Of a stretch of 64,000 bases of DNA, positions 42,678 to 54,632 are shown one piece after another (position 1 is the first letter of the stretch; every line of letters begins with the position of its first letter). The stretch comes from Paraspadella gotoi. Lineage: Eukaryota > Animalia > Chaetognatha. The stretch is from positions 22,532,833 through 22,596,832 of the forward strand of contig CM119263.1 of the NCBI GenBank assembly GCA_051294375.1, in the 5' to 3' direction. The position numbers and the translations under genes are program-made. Under the pieces are notes generated by a model. That model was not told the DNA's origin and did no database searches. It saw nothing but the letters and a program-made list of their open reading frames with translations.

Positions 42678-45600
42678 GCTCTCTTCTCACTCTCTCTCTC
42701 TCTTTCTCAGATTTTCCAAATCATTTCTTAGAGTAAGTAGCATAAAACCATAAAAGCGAGTTACTACTTTTCGACGAGAATCCCTAAGCAACTGTAATGT
42801 AGAGAGATTTATTCTTGTGAGACTGTTAAGCTCATGGCGAAGAGAAACGAAACTCAGAATACATTCATTACAGTGACAACGTTCAATTTACTGTGGCATC
42901 ACGATAAAAAACCGGGAAAGAGAGAGAGAGAGAGAGAGAGATGACGAGAGAGAGAGAGAGAGAAGAAGAGAGAGAGAGAGAGAGAGAGTAAAAAGAAAGA
43001 GTTGAGATAAAGAGTTTACAGTTACTACTTCATTATGACTTATTCATGTATTCATAATTAATATTTCACCACCCCCTCCGTTCCCCCAATGTATAGCCTT
43101 CGTATGAATGGGATCGTATAGTCTTTCTCGCTCATACCGTCGTGCACGATGCCGCACTTCTGCCCGTCCTTATGCGATCTTCCCACCCCCTGCCAATGTC
43201 CTGCCATTCCGCCAATTGCCCCATCCAAGACCTGTACCCCGAGTCCGAAGCGGACCCTCAGGGTTCGGNNNNNNNNNNNNNNNNNNNNNNNNNCGGAATC
43301 GTACGTTCTTTTACAAGCCACTCGGTTCTTTCTAAGCCGATATTTCTGGCCAAATCGGGCGTTCCTGGCAACTTTGGGTAGCTCACGATTCTTGAACGGA
43401 ATTCTCGTATCTAGACAAAATCAGTTGAACTTTGACATTTTTTAAGCGAGATTCTTCGGTTCTAAACTTTTAATACTATACAACACAACATAATTGTCTC
43501 AGCCTAAACAATATGTTTTTATCCCATCTTCTCTCCGCACCCAACTTAACTCGACCACTCACTTTCTTAAAAACAGCATTTATATTTACTCTTTCCCATC
43601 CCAACCTTTCTTATGACGAATCCAAATCCTGCAAAAAAACCCCATGGCCGAAACGCTGTGCGAAAAGTGATCCAGCTGGAGACTAGCAAGCACGATCGCG
43701 CGCGCGGCCCCGCGCCACGCCCCGGCGGCGGGAAAATGGCGGCGAATAGCGGCGTGGCTTCGGCGGCGCCGCAACCGCCGAAAACTAACGATCGCCGTCG
43801 TCGCAGCCATAAACAGAGCGTCATTTCTCTTACATTTCCCCTTTCGGACGCGCGGTCGCGTCGTCGGTCGTCCGTCGTCTCGTCATCGTTCGTCGTCGTC
43901 GTCGCGAGCTGAACAAGACTGAAAGTCAAACACATAAAAACAAAAGCACATGATGGAAAAGATTTTCAAAAGAGAGAGAGGGGGGTCAGGCCTTTCATGG
44001 GGGGGGGGAAAGCAGCTGGAGGGGGGGGGGGGGGTTTTATCGGCGCGTCGAAAACGACGAAGATGATTTTGAAAAAGAGTGAAACATTGAACACATTTAT
44101 CACTTCGCATCACACGATCGGAAAGCGACGTATGATCCCTTAGGCAAATATATCAAACATTAAATATTCGATTTTTCTTTTTAATGCAAGCGCCATCATC
44201 CGCAACTGCTACAAATACTGAATCCGACATAATTTTTGGAGACGCCGAAAAAGGCGTTAAATATTAACTTTCAACAAAAAGAAACTTGATGCTTAAAAAA
44301 AATATCTTCTGAAGATTGTAAAAAATTGCATTTCCGATTTTGAAGGTCAGAGTGATACTTTTTGACAGTTTTTTTAAAAGAAAATGTCAACGCTGACGTG
44401 ATGTTCACTTTTTTGTTGTCATTGTCAATCTATTATCATCATCGCTGTCGTCGTTGTCGTCGTCGCCACCATTGTGTCGCAAAAAGTACTTCACAGTCTC
44501 TTACGATATGGTTAAAAAGCCGTTGTACTTGGTTCAGCTTACAATTTCAAAATAAATAAAAAATTCTCAACTTTCCTTGGCATTCAAATCAGAAGTCGAA
44601 AGTTAAAAATGGACAAAAATGGACATAATTTTTTTTCCCAAAATGATAATCTTTATCATTAGAAACGGTGGAGAGGTTTTCTAATCAATCCTTAGTTCGG
44701 CCAAATATTGTGTTGTGGTACAAAGTTAATCAATATTGTAAGTAACAACTGAACAATATTGGAAACTCATTTTTTTTTCCAAGATGCAACGTTTGTAAGC
44801 GTAACGTTTTACTAATTATGTCTTTAAGTAATAAATAATTCTATATAATATATCTATTCTTACGTTTATCGATTAAGTCGCTCAGATCCCGATGTGCTGC
44901 TTGTACGGAGACTCGGGTCGGTAATTACAATTAAATCCGGGATCCATGCCGCGGTCCCGGGTTAAATCCGGGCCCCCTTTGAAAATCTGATGTATCTCCT
45001 CGGCGGACGTCGACGTCCCCGCTATATTTTTTTACAGAGTTCGACGAGAGAGGAGTTAATAGTTTTTAGTCCATTCGGCGAATCAGGTTAGTGGAAAAAA
45101 ACAAAAAAAAAAAGGAAAACGAAAGTTTAGTTTGTTATTTAAGATTTTTTATTTGACATTCATCGATAATCAAGTACTAGAAGTATAAGAGTTAATCACT
45201 GCGAGTAGTTAATGTCCTCTGGCGAACTTACTTCTGGCGAACTTACCTCTTTCGTTGGCGTCTCCGTAGATTCCGTCGCTGTCGTTCTGGAGGAGGAAAT
45301 ATAAGAGAGAGAGAATTAAAAACGATATTTATTAATATTACTTATTAAGTAATTAACTCCTTAAAAAATTACATTCGCTCAAACGATTTCTCTCTAAAAC
45401 ACCTGAGCTCACGATTGAATTGAACGAAACAAAAATTAAATACGAAAAAAATCAAAATCAAACAAAAACAAAAATGGCGAACCAAAGCCTCTAATTAGTT
45501 TATCAAAACAAAAGGCTTTTTTTTTCTTCCTCCAACCTCTGCTTCCTCCTCACGTGAGATAAAAATAGGAAAAAAAGAAAGAAATTCCCGCGGGAAATGG

Positions 45601-48600
45601 AAATGGGAATGAAAATGAAACGCGGGGAACAAAAGGAGAAATCGGAAAAAGCGGTAAAACAGAAATGAGGAGAAAAAAAGAAGAAAAGAGAAAAAAAAAA
45701 AGAAAAGAAGAAAGAAAGAAAATGAAAAAGAAAAGAGGATCCGTCATCGCCAAGAAAAGAATGAAAAGGGAGACAAAAATAATCGTCGGAGCAAAAAGAA
45801 AAGCTACGTAAAAAAAAACAAAAAAACTGCTGCACCCTGCCGGTCGTCATCGTCGTCATCGTCGTAGTCGTCATCGTCTTCACCGTCGTCCCAGAACGCA
45901 GTCAGATCTAAAAAGAACCATAAGTTTTTCTTCTGAGTAGAGGAAGAGTTATAAGTGAAAGAAGGAGGGGAACTTAAGAACTAGACTCTTTAGTTAAAAA
46001 ACAAAGAGACGAAAGAAGATAAATATTTTCTTCGAAATTTCGACAATTTCTTCTTCGTCGTCGTCGTCGTCGTCATCGTCGTCGACTTTCCGAGTCAAAA
46101 GGGATGAAAAATGTAAGGCTTTTCTTTTTTCCTTTCGAAAAAAATCTTTCTCTATATTTCCGATTCGCTCAAAGAGACAGGGCTGACGTATGATAACTTT
46201 TCAGATATTGTACTCCGTGAACTCCGTGTTTTCTCTGTTTCTCACGACCCCCAAAAAATAACCAAGGACACGGAATATTGTTAACTTTAAAAAAAAAATC
46301 ACATTTTGGCGCGCTAAATTATGCGAATATATTCAATCTCCCATGATATCGTTTTGTCCTTGAAAAATGCGTGGGCGCTGACATGGGCGCGAACGTAAGC
46401 TGTGACGAATATTTGACAATCTTCAAAGAAAAAAAAAGAGCAGTCGTGAAAGACTTCGTACAACCATAAAACTACAATACAAAACAAAAATTAAAAAAAT
46501 ATATAAATAAATAAATAAATAAAAACATACCATGTCATGACGACGAAAAATTTACCAATTATCCATCATATGTAAACGAAAAAAATTTATTATAAGAAAA
46601 ATATTAACAAAATACAATAAAATAACATAAAACAAAAGTCTAAGAGAAACAAAATAACGGAAACAAACTAAGGGATGCGATTATGGGAAGGTGCCCGTGA
46701 CTAATGTCCATTCCTTTTTTTGTCGTCGCGACATCTATTGTTTTTTAAAAATTTTTCCAAAGAGAAACGAGAAAAGAATCGCACATTACTTTTTATGGCT
46801 AAAATTGGGAAAATTGAGAAGGGCCAGTTATAAAAAATAGAGAAGGGCCAGTTATAAAAAAAAAATTTTCAATCGGGTTATGGGAAGTAAAAACTCGGGT
46901 AAGCTCCTGGTAAGTTGGGATAAACGACGGCGTTATCGATGACTGCGACGACGTCTCGACAAGATGGTCGATTTCGTGGAAAATTGGAAAACGAGGAAAC
47001 CGGAAAATGAAAACAAAACAAAAACGAGAGATGAAAGCGAAAAAACGAAACAAAAAAAAAAGGAGGGAAAAAATAAATGAAAATGAAAGAAACGAAAAAT
47101 CACCATAAAAATTGAAGGGAAAACATAACAAAGGCGCCGATGGCGACATGGAACGAGTCAACAGATACAATCGCGAATTGGGGTAAAAAGATTTTATAAA
47201 TTCTTATTTCTGAACTAATTATATTAAAATAATCATGCTTAGAAAAGATTGACATTTACAGTTTATATAAAGCGAAAGATTTTTAATCGGCATTACTCCA
47301 AATTAAAACAACAAATAAAAAAACAAATTAACAAAATCATAAAATTACGATTCAAACTCAAAACCTACGTGAAAGGATTCAGCCATTTCAGTTCATCCAT
47401 ATCTTCGTTTCAGGCGGGTCCGGTGATATTCCCGTTCGGCTGCCCGGCGACGTGCCCGTTCGGGTGGCTGTTGATTCGGTTGTTGTCCTTCTTCCGGGTA
47501 AAGGGATGTTGACAGTGGCGAAGGGAAGCGTAGATGTTTTCTTCCTCTCCTGATAGAGAAAATGAAAGAAAGGGGAAAGTTTAAAGAAAAGAGGAAAAGA
47601 GGAAAAAGAGGAAAAGAGGAAAAGAGGAAAAGCAGAGAGGAAAGAGGAGGGAAATGGGAGAAGGAAAATAGACAATGCTCGGAAGGAGAAGAGATGGAAT
47701 AATCGGAAGGAGATGGAATGAACAATCCTTAAAGTGGTGAGTGAAGGGAGAAAGCAACAGCTTTGAGTAAGTTCCCCGCGGGTGAAGTTTGGGTTGAGTG
47801 GGTCCACCCCAAATATCGATTTGGTTTTAAGAGGTAAGTCGTTTGATCGATGACGAAATCCAAGGACGCGGAAAAGTCAAAGAGCCAACGACGCCGCCGC
47901 CGCCGCCGCCGCTGACGACAATGCCGCCGCCGACAACGACGACAATGACGACGACGCCGATAACGTCGACGACGACAACGACAACGACGTGGAGGAAAAT
48001 GACGAAGGATTCTGGGAGTCAAAACGTGGGAAAGTAAAAAAAGAATTTCTCTCGGGTGGTAGCAGAATTTTGACAGGGCATTTCTTCTCAGAGATAAGTA
48101 AGTATTTTTCGGGGTGTGGCTTGTACGTAGGTCTTTGAGATCCAATCCAAGCCAAGTAAGGATTATCGCGTCGTCATAACGTTAGGAACAGAGAGACTTT
48201 CCAGTTCTGCAGGTTTACTAAAGGTTTCTTTTTTTTTATCTTCTTTCTTCTTTTTTCAGTGTGGTGTGTGAGAATCTAATTTTTTTTCCCCGTGGAACAA
48301 AAACGTCAAAATAGATGAAAATAATGGATTAACTTTTTTTTTCTTTCGCCTCCAGCAAAGTTTCTGGACGACGGGAAAATATTTAAGCCTTGTCTAGTTG
48401 CGTGGGAAAATGACCAATGGTCATTGACCATTCGCCAATCAGCTATCGCAAATTAATATCGTTCATTATTTCCCTACGGTTAATGAGTCTTTATCCTATT
48501 GGTTATGATTTATCGTTCATTTCTCATTAATCAATATTCATTTCTCATCGTTCATTTTCGCTTCGTCATCGTTCGTCGACGGCGATGATGATTCATCATT

Positions 48601-50856
48601 CATTCCTCACTCATCATTCACAATTCGCTCCGCATCGATCCTCGTTCCGCAACTTCGAACGCTGACGCCGCTCCCGCCGCCTCAGCCGCCTCAGCCGCCG
48701 CCAGCAGCAGAATCGCTTCTTACATTGACGTTGCGATTGTTGAATCGCTGGATAGAAATGATGTTGTGACGCTTCTTCGATGATGTTTCGAGATTTTTAT
48801 GGCCGATCAGGGCGTGTCGGAAGTTGAAGACTTTTTAACGAGAACACCGTCTTAACCAGAACCATCTGTTGATAGTTAAGGGTCGTAAAAGCAGTTGTAA
48901 CCTTTGTTTTTGAGTGCGATATAAACAGGAAATGTAGGCGGATGAAGTTGATTATATAAAACGTTGAGGGTATTGACCGTGTTGAGACCCGAGGAGGTCA
49001 CGTGATCAGGAGGTTTTTAGAATTAGAGATCAGCGTCGAGCTTGGCGGATTAAATATAAATCGAAGAGCGGAAAGTTGAAAAAATGTTGGAAACCGCCTC
49101 TCGTCGTCGGCAGTGAGGTGCCGTTGCGTCGACGGCGGAGGCGGGGGTTGCAGCTGCGGCGGAATAGATAGAGTCATGAGAGAAAAAAAGAAAATAAAGT
49201 GAAGGACAAAGAACAAAGGCAAAAATTAGGAGGGAAGGGAAGGTAGAGGAAATAAAAAAAAATAAAGGACAAAGGAGACAAAAGGGGAAAGAGAGGCAGA
49301 AAAAAAAAGAAGAAAAAAAAAGGGAGCTGAAAAAAGATGGCGGAAAGAGTGAAGGGGACCGAGGAGGTTAAAGTTTAAGGTTTTAAACTTGTCACCATTC
49401 ACAAAGAAAAAGAGAGAGTGAAAATGAAAAAATATGAGGAATGAGAAAAAGGAATTTTTGAAAGTAAAATTGAGAAATCGTAAAAAAACGGAAAGAAAAG
49501 AAAAGAAACCGGAATAAAGAGAAAAGGAAGAAGTTAAGAAGTAAAGTAGAGAAAAAAGAAAAGAAAGCGAGTTAAAGAAAAGTAAAGAGATGAAAAGATT
49601 AAAAAAAATCCGAAAGAACCAATTCAACTTCCTCCCTAACGCGCCTCATGAGAAAGGCGCTAAAATAATCATGTTTGGGATCGGCTCTCGGCGTGAAGGG
49701 TAAGTCATGGGAAAGGCAAAGAAGGCGGGGACGTAGAGTAAAAAAAAAGGTAAGAAAGAGAGACGACATTTAGGGGGCGCTTGAGTTGCTCGAGCGACGC
49801 TGAGTGGAATCGGAAAGAGGATCGTGGCGAGGAGACGTTCCCCTTACGAGGCGTCAGGGCGGAGTCTCTCTTTAAATTTATGTCTCTCTTCTCGTCCATC
49901 TGATTTTCTCTCTCTCATTTTCTTTTCCTTTTCTTTATTTTCTTTGGAACTCATTTTTCTTCTTCTAAATTTTTTAAAATTTTTGTTTCATATCTTTTTT
50001 TTTTTCTTTATTCTTTTTATTTCTTCTTCTCTTTTGTTTCTTTTCTCCTCTTATCTTTTTCTCTTTCTCCTTCTCTCTCCGTTCGTTTTCTTTTCTTTTC
50101 TTTTTTTTGTATTCTTGTGGCACAGCTTTCTCTCATTTCCTCTCTCCATCCCTTTTTTCCACTTTCCTCCTCCTTCCTCTCTTCCAAACGCGCCCCCCCC
50201 ACCTCACCCCCCAAGCTCATAAAATTTTCAAAGGCGTCGCTTCTTTCAACAAAGAATGAGTTTTTCGCGTCGAGAGGAAACGGATTGCGCCTCCAGTATC
50301 GAGACCCGAGTCAGAGGTGGGGTTCGAACCCGGTTTGTCCAAAACATGACGGGAATTCACGAGGAAAAAAAGTGGTATGCTTTCAAGAGAAGAATCTGAA
50401 CCTCAAGTCGCTCATATATGAAATCTCAACTCTTCACTGTACGTTACAAGCCCTATTCTTATACGACTGTCGTCGACCGTCGGTTGTCAGATAAAATTTT
50501 CGGTAAAGTTGTTTAAAGGAAGGACAAATTTAATCCAACACGGTTCGAGTATCAGAAATCAATCCTTCCCATAAAAAAGATCTACACGTTACACCAAAAA
50601 ATGATGAGATTTAAAACATTAAATTTCGCCATTCAACATTATAGAAACTTTTTGTTTCGCTCGTTTTCTTTTCATTTTTTTCCCTCTCAATTAAAAAACA
50701 AAAAAAAACAAGGTCAAATTCCTGAAAGAACCTTAATTACATCCTCGATCATCTGTCTCCCTCTCGTCTCTCTTTTTATTTGTCTCTCTTCCACTCTCTC
50801 TCAACCTTTAGCCCTCGCCCATCTGTATTCATCTCTCTCTCTCTCTCTTCTCTCTC

Positions 50857-50890
<34 letters not shown>

Positions 50891-51757
50891 CTCCTCTCTC
50901 TCTCTTCTCTCTCTCTACTCGTAAATCTCTCGTCTTTTTCTCTTCTCTCGGTTCTCTGTCTCTCTCTAACATCCGGGGAGAGAAAAGGGAAACGTCGACC
51001 GCGCGACAGGGAAAAGAGAAGTTAATGAGGAGATTAGGGATGACAACGAGAGCGGGCGGGCGATAAACCTTGACGATGATCGAGAATGACATCGACGACG
51101 TAGACGACGACAGCCATGACGAAGGGCGCCCATTTTTGGACATCAAGGGTGACGGGAATGAGACCCTAGAATTCCCGTTTGACGGTTTGGGTCACAAATC
51201 AAACGGAGACAGAAACGAGAAGGTATGTGACACGGCGAGGCGATGATTAGCTATTTGGCCAGAAAATGACGTCCAGTTTTAGAATTTTATTATAATTTTG
51301 TATTTGTTGTACTAATTTCATCAATTTTATTCTATTCACATTGCCCTTTACATACGTCTCAATGAAGAATAGCATGAATATTGAATATCACACTAAAATC
51401 ACACGCAATTGACAATCCTTGATCTCAAAAGAAGTTTCCATCGCACAGATAAAGATTGACGACGACAAAAAAAAAGCCGACAAAAGTGACATGGACGACG
51501 ACGACGACGACGACGACGACGATGAAAACGACGACGACCAACGGCTCCAGAATTTTCGCGTCGACGATCGAAGGATTAATGAGGAAAATCGAATTCAAAA
51601 TCAAATTCGATGAGAAAAAAAGGAAAAGAAAAAATGGAAAGAAAATGAAATGAATTCATAAAAAAAAGAGATGAAGCGATGAACAATTCAAGCTAAGAAT
51701 AATCTACTTTCCTGAGTACAAAGAAAGAAAGAAAAAAAGAAAGAGAGAAAGAAAGAA

Positions 51758-51797
<40 letters not shown>

Positions 51798-52035
51798 AGG
51801 AAAAGAAAGAAAGAAGAAAAGAAAGAAGAAAGAAAAAATAGAAAGCAAGCAAGCAAGCAGTATAAAAGGCGATTCACCTTTTCATCCTCCTCCTCCTTCA
51901 GTTCACCTTCTCTCTCTTCTCCTACGAGTTTCTCCCCTTTTTTACCCTCAAGATTTTGTCACCGTATTGATTTTCCTGCCGTCAATATATTATTTTCACC
52001 GCATTCTCGTGACTTTACTTCAGAGGAAAGAAAAA

Positions 52036-52131
<96 letters not shown>

Positions 52132-54554
52132 AGGCAAAAAATCAAGTAATCAATCAAGCAAGCAAGCGAGAGAAATAAGTATAATAATATCGAGTATAGA
52201 AGAAACAGAATATAAGTTTTGATTACCTGTATTAAAACTCGAGCGTCGGTTGTTGAGACGGGAATCCCGCTCGAAATTCAGTTTTTGGGCGTAATTGTTC
52301 GGCGCTTCCGTCGCTGATAATCAAAGAAAAGAAATAAATGTGACGACATTTAAAACGGAAACTTCATTCATTAAATTGCGGACACGTAAGAAATTGTATA
52401 ATCTTTTAAATTTAATTCAAATGACCACCATATGCCCAAGGCTAGTCACTCACTTCGATTGTTATGTCCCGTCGGCGACTGCCCACCGAAAAAGTTGTCG
52501 CCGTTCGATCTTTTGTTCAAAAATGCATCCGACGTACAAGAGCCGATGAGCGAAGTTTCCATAGATACATCGCGAGGTGGCATCGTGTTTTTTTCTGCGG
52601 GCGTGGTTCGAAACAAAAGACATCAATGAACAATGAACATTGGAAATGGGGGAAGAAGAGAAATAGATACTATTAAAACCAAATTCGAAGAGTTTACCCA
52701 AGTCAAAATAATCTAAATGTAATTGTAATGCAAAAATATTAAATGGAAACCCCTAAATTTATACTTCTGGAGGCAGTGATTAAGTTTAAAGTTAACTCTC
52801 ACCCGAATAAGCGTAATTCTCGTATCTCTTCCTATCCAACTTCCTCTTCCAGTGCAACCCCGAGGCGACGACGACGACGAGAAAGACGACGACGCCGCCG
52901 AAGACCGGGATGATGGTGGCGACGTTGTCCGATGAGGACGAGGGCTTCTCGACGACGGGCGAGTCGACGCGTTCGCTGGGGATTGGCGCGATGGTGACTG
53001 GAGGGGAGGGGGGCGGGGGGAGAGGCGGAAATGCTATAGTAGGACGAGGTCCGTTCATGGGAGGAACCTTACCCTAAATCCCGAATGGAGAATCACCCGC
53101 CTGAAGGCTGAACCTCACTAAACTCACCTCCACCCCGCGTCAGCGTCGCCACGTTGACGGTGAGTTTGGTGTCGCCGGCGTCGTTGGACGCCGTCATCTC
53201 GACGACGTACCACGTGGCCGGCGCCAAGTGCGGAATGCGCACGAGTTGCTGAAAAATCGTGAGAGGGTCAGAGATTCTGAGATTTATGGGTTCAAGGTGA
53301 TCGGGTGGCCAACTTTCGGCGTTTATCTTAGAATTCAATGATTGCGTTTGTAAACTATGGAAAGCGGCTAATTAGTAATTGAATTTAACAGATATTATTT
53401 TCCAGTAATAAATTATGCTTTAAGTTAAATTGATATATTCTTCCCAGAGTAATATCCTTTCCAGACTCTCATCTAACCTGCGGCGGCTTCTGCTTGTTCA
53501 GCGCGACGCTCCAATGCTCCTCGAAGAAAGGTTTAAAGCGGACGACGAAGGACTTGATGTAGCAGCCGCCCGACTCCCACGCAGTCAAGTCCAGCACCAC
53601 GTCCGATTGGTTGGAGAACGCCACGACTCCTTCGCGATTGGGAGCCACTGGAGCTGGAGTGGATTAGGATTCCATTTATTGCGTTTGATTTAACGCGTTA
53701 TGATCGATTTAATTTTCTTCCTCGCAGCTGAACTCATTCCATCCATCAATCCTTACGTCCTTCTATCTTTCCATCCATCCATCCTTTTCTCTAGCTATCC
53801 ATCCATCCATCCATCCATCCATCCATCCATTTATACCCCCTCCAGTCGTTCGAGCGAAGAGCGGTTTCCTGCTGTGACCCGGTCCGACCACATTCTTGGC
53901 CACAACGTAGAACTCGTATTCTGTTCCACAGAAAAGATTTTGCAGCAGATGGTTGCGAATCGAGGGTTCGAAGGTCAATTCGTGCCATTGGCCAGATCCG
54001 CGCCGGAAGTGAAGAGAATATCCTGCCGAGAAAGATAGGACATAATATTTAAAAATCAATTTGTACAATAACTTCATCCGAGTCTTTCATTTCTTACCCG
54101 TGATCGGGGCGCCGCCGTCTCCGTCGTCGGCCCAAGACAATTGAATGGAAGAACTGGAGGTCGACATCAGCGCCAGAATCGGCGGCGTCGGCGGAACTGG
54201 GAATTAAAAATATTCGAAACGATGGTAAACAAAAGACTCCATGTAATAATTCGGGGTGATTAATTTCCGCTGCATTAACACGAAGACTGTGGTTCGGTTC
54301 TGTTTAAGTTAGTGACGATATTGTTACATTAAATGTCTTTCAATTTACAATAAGTAGATATATAGTTATTGACATTTTCTTTCTTTACACATTTTAAGCA
54401 TGTGGTGATAAGTGTTCCTCAACAAAATCTATATTTTTGAATTTTTACATCTTCCTTCGGTGCAAGGGCTTCACTTACCAGGCTTTACTGTGAAAATAAA
54501 AGTGAAAATAAAAATATATATATAACCTATAGTAATCTCTCTCTTCTCTCTCTC

Positions 54555-54632
<78 letters not shown>

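Larger units (their letters stand above)
43730..50085 (+). repeat. ~6.3-kb direct duplicate of ~30030-36320
   Basis: Collinear near-identity from ggaaaatggcggcgaatagcgg to tctctccgttcgttttc. Confidence 0.92.

Noticed and set aside
50315-50335. GGTTCGAACCC, a Pol III B-box-like motif (tRNA or SINE)
   Set aside because: No A-box at the proper spacing on either strand and no cloverleaf
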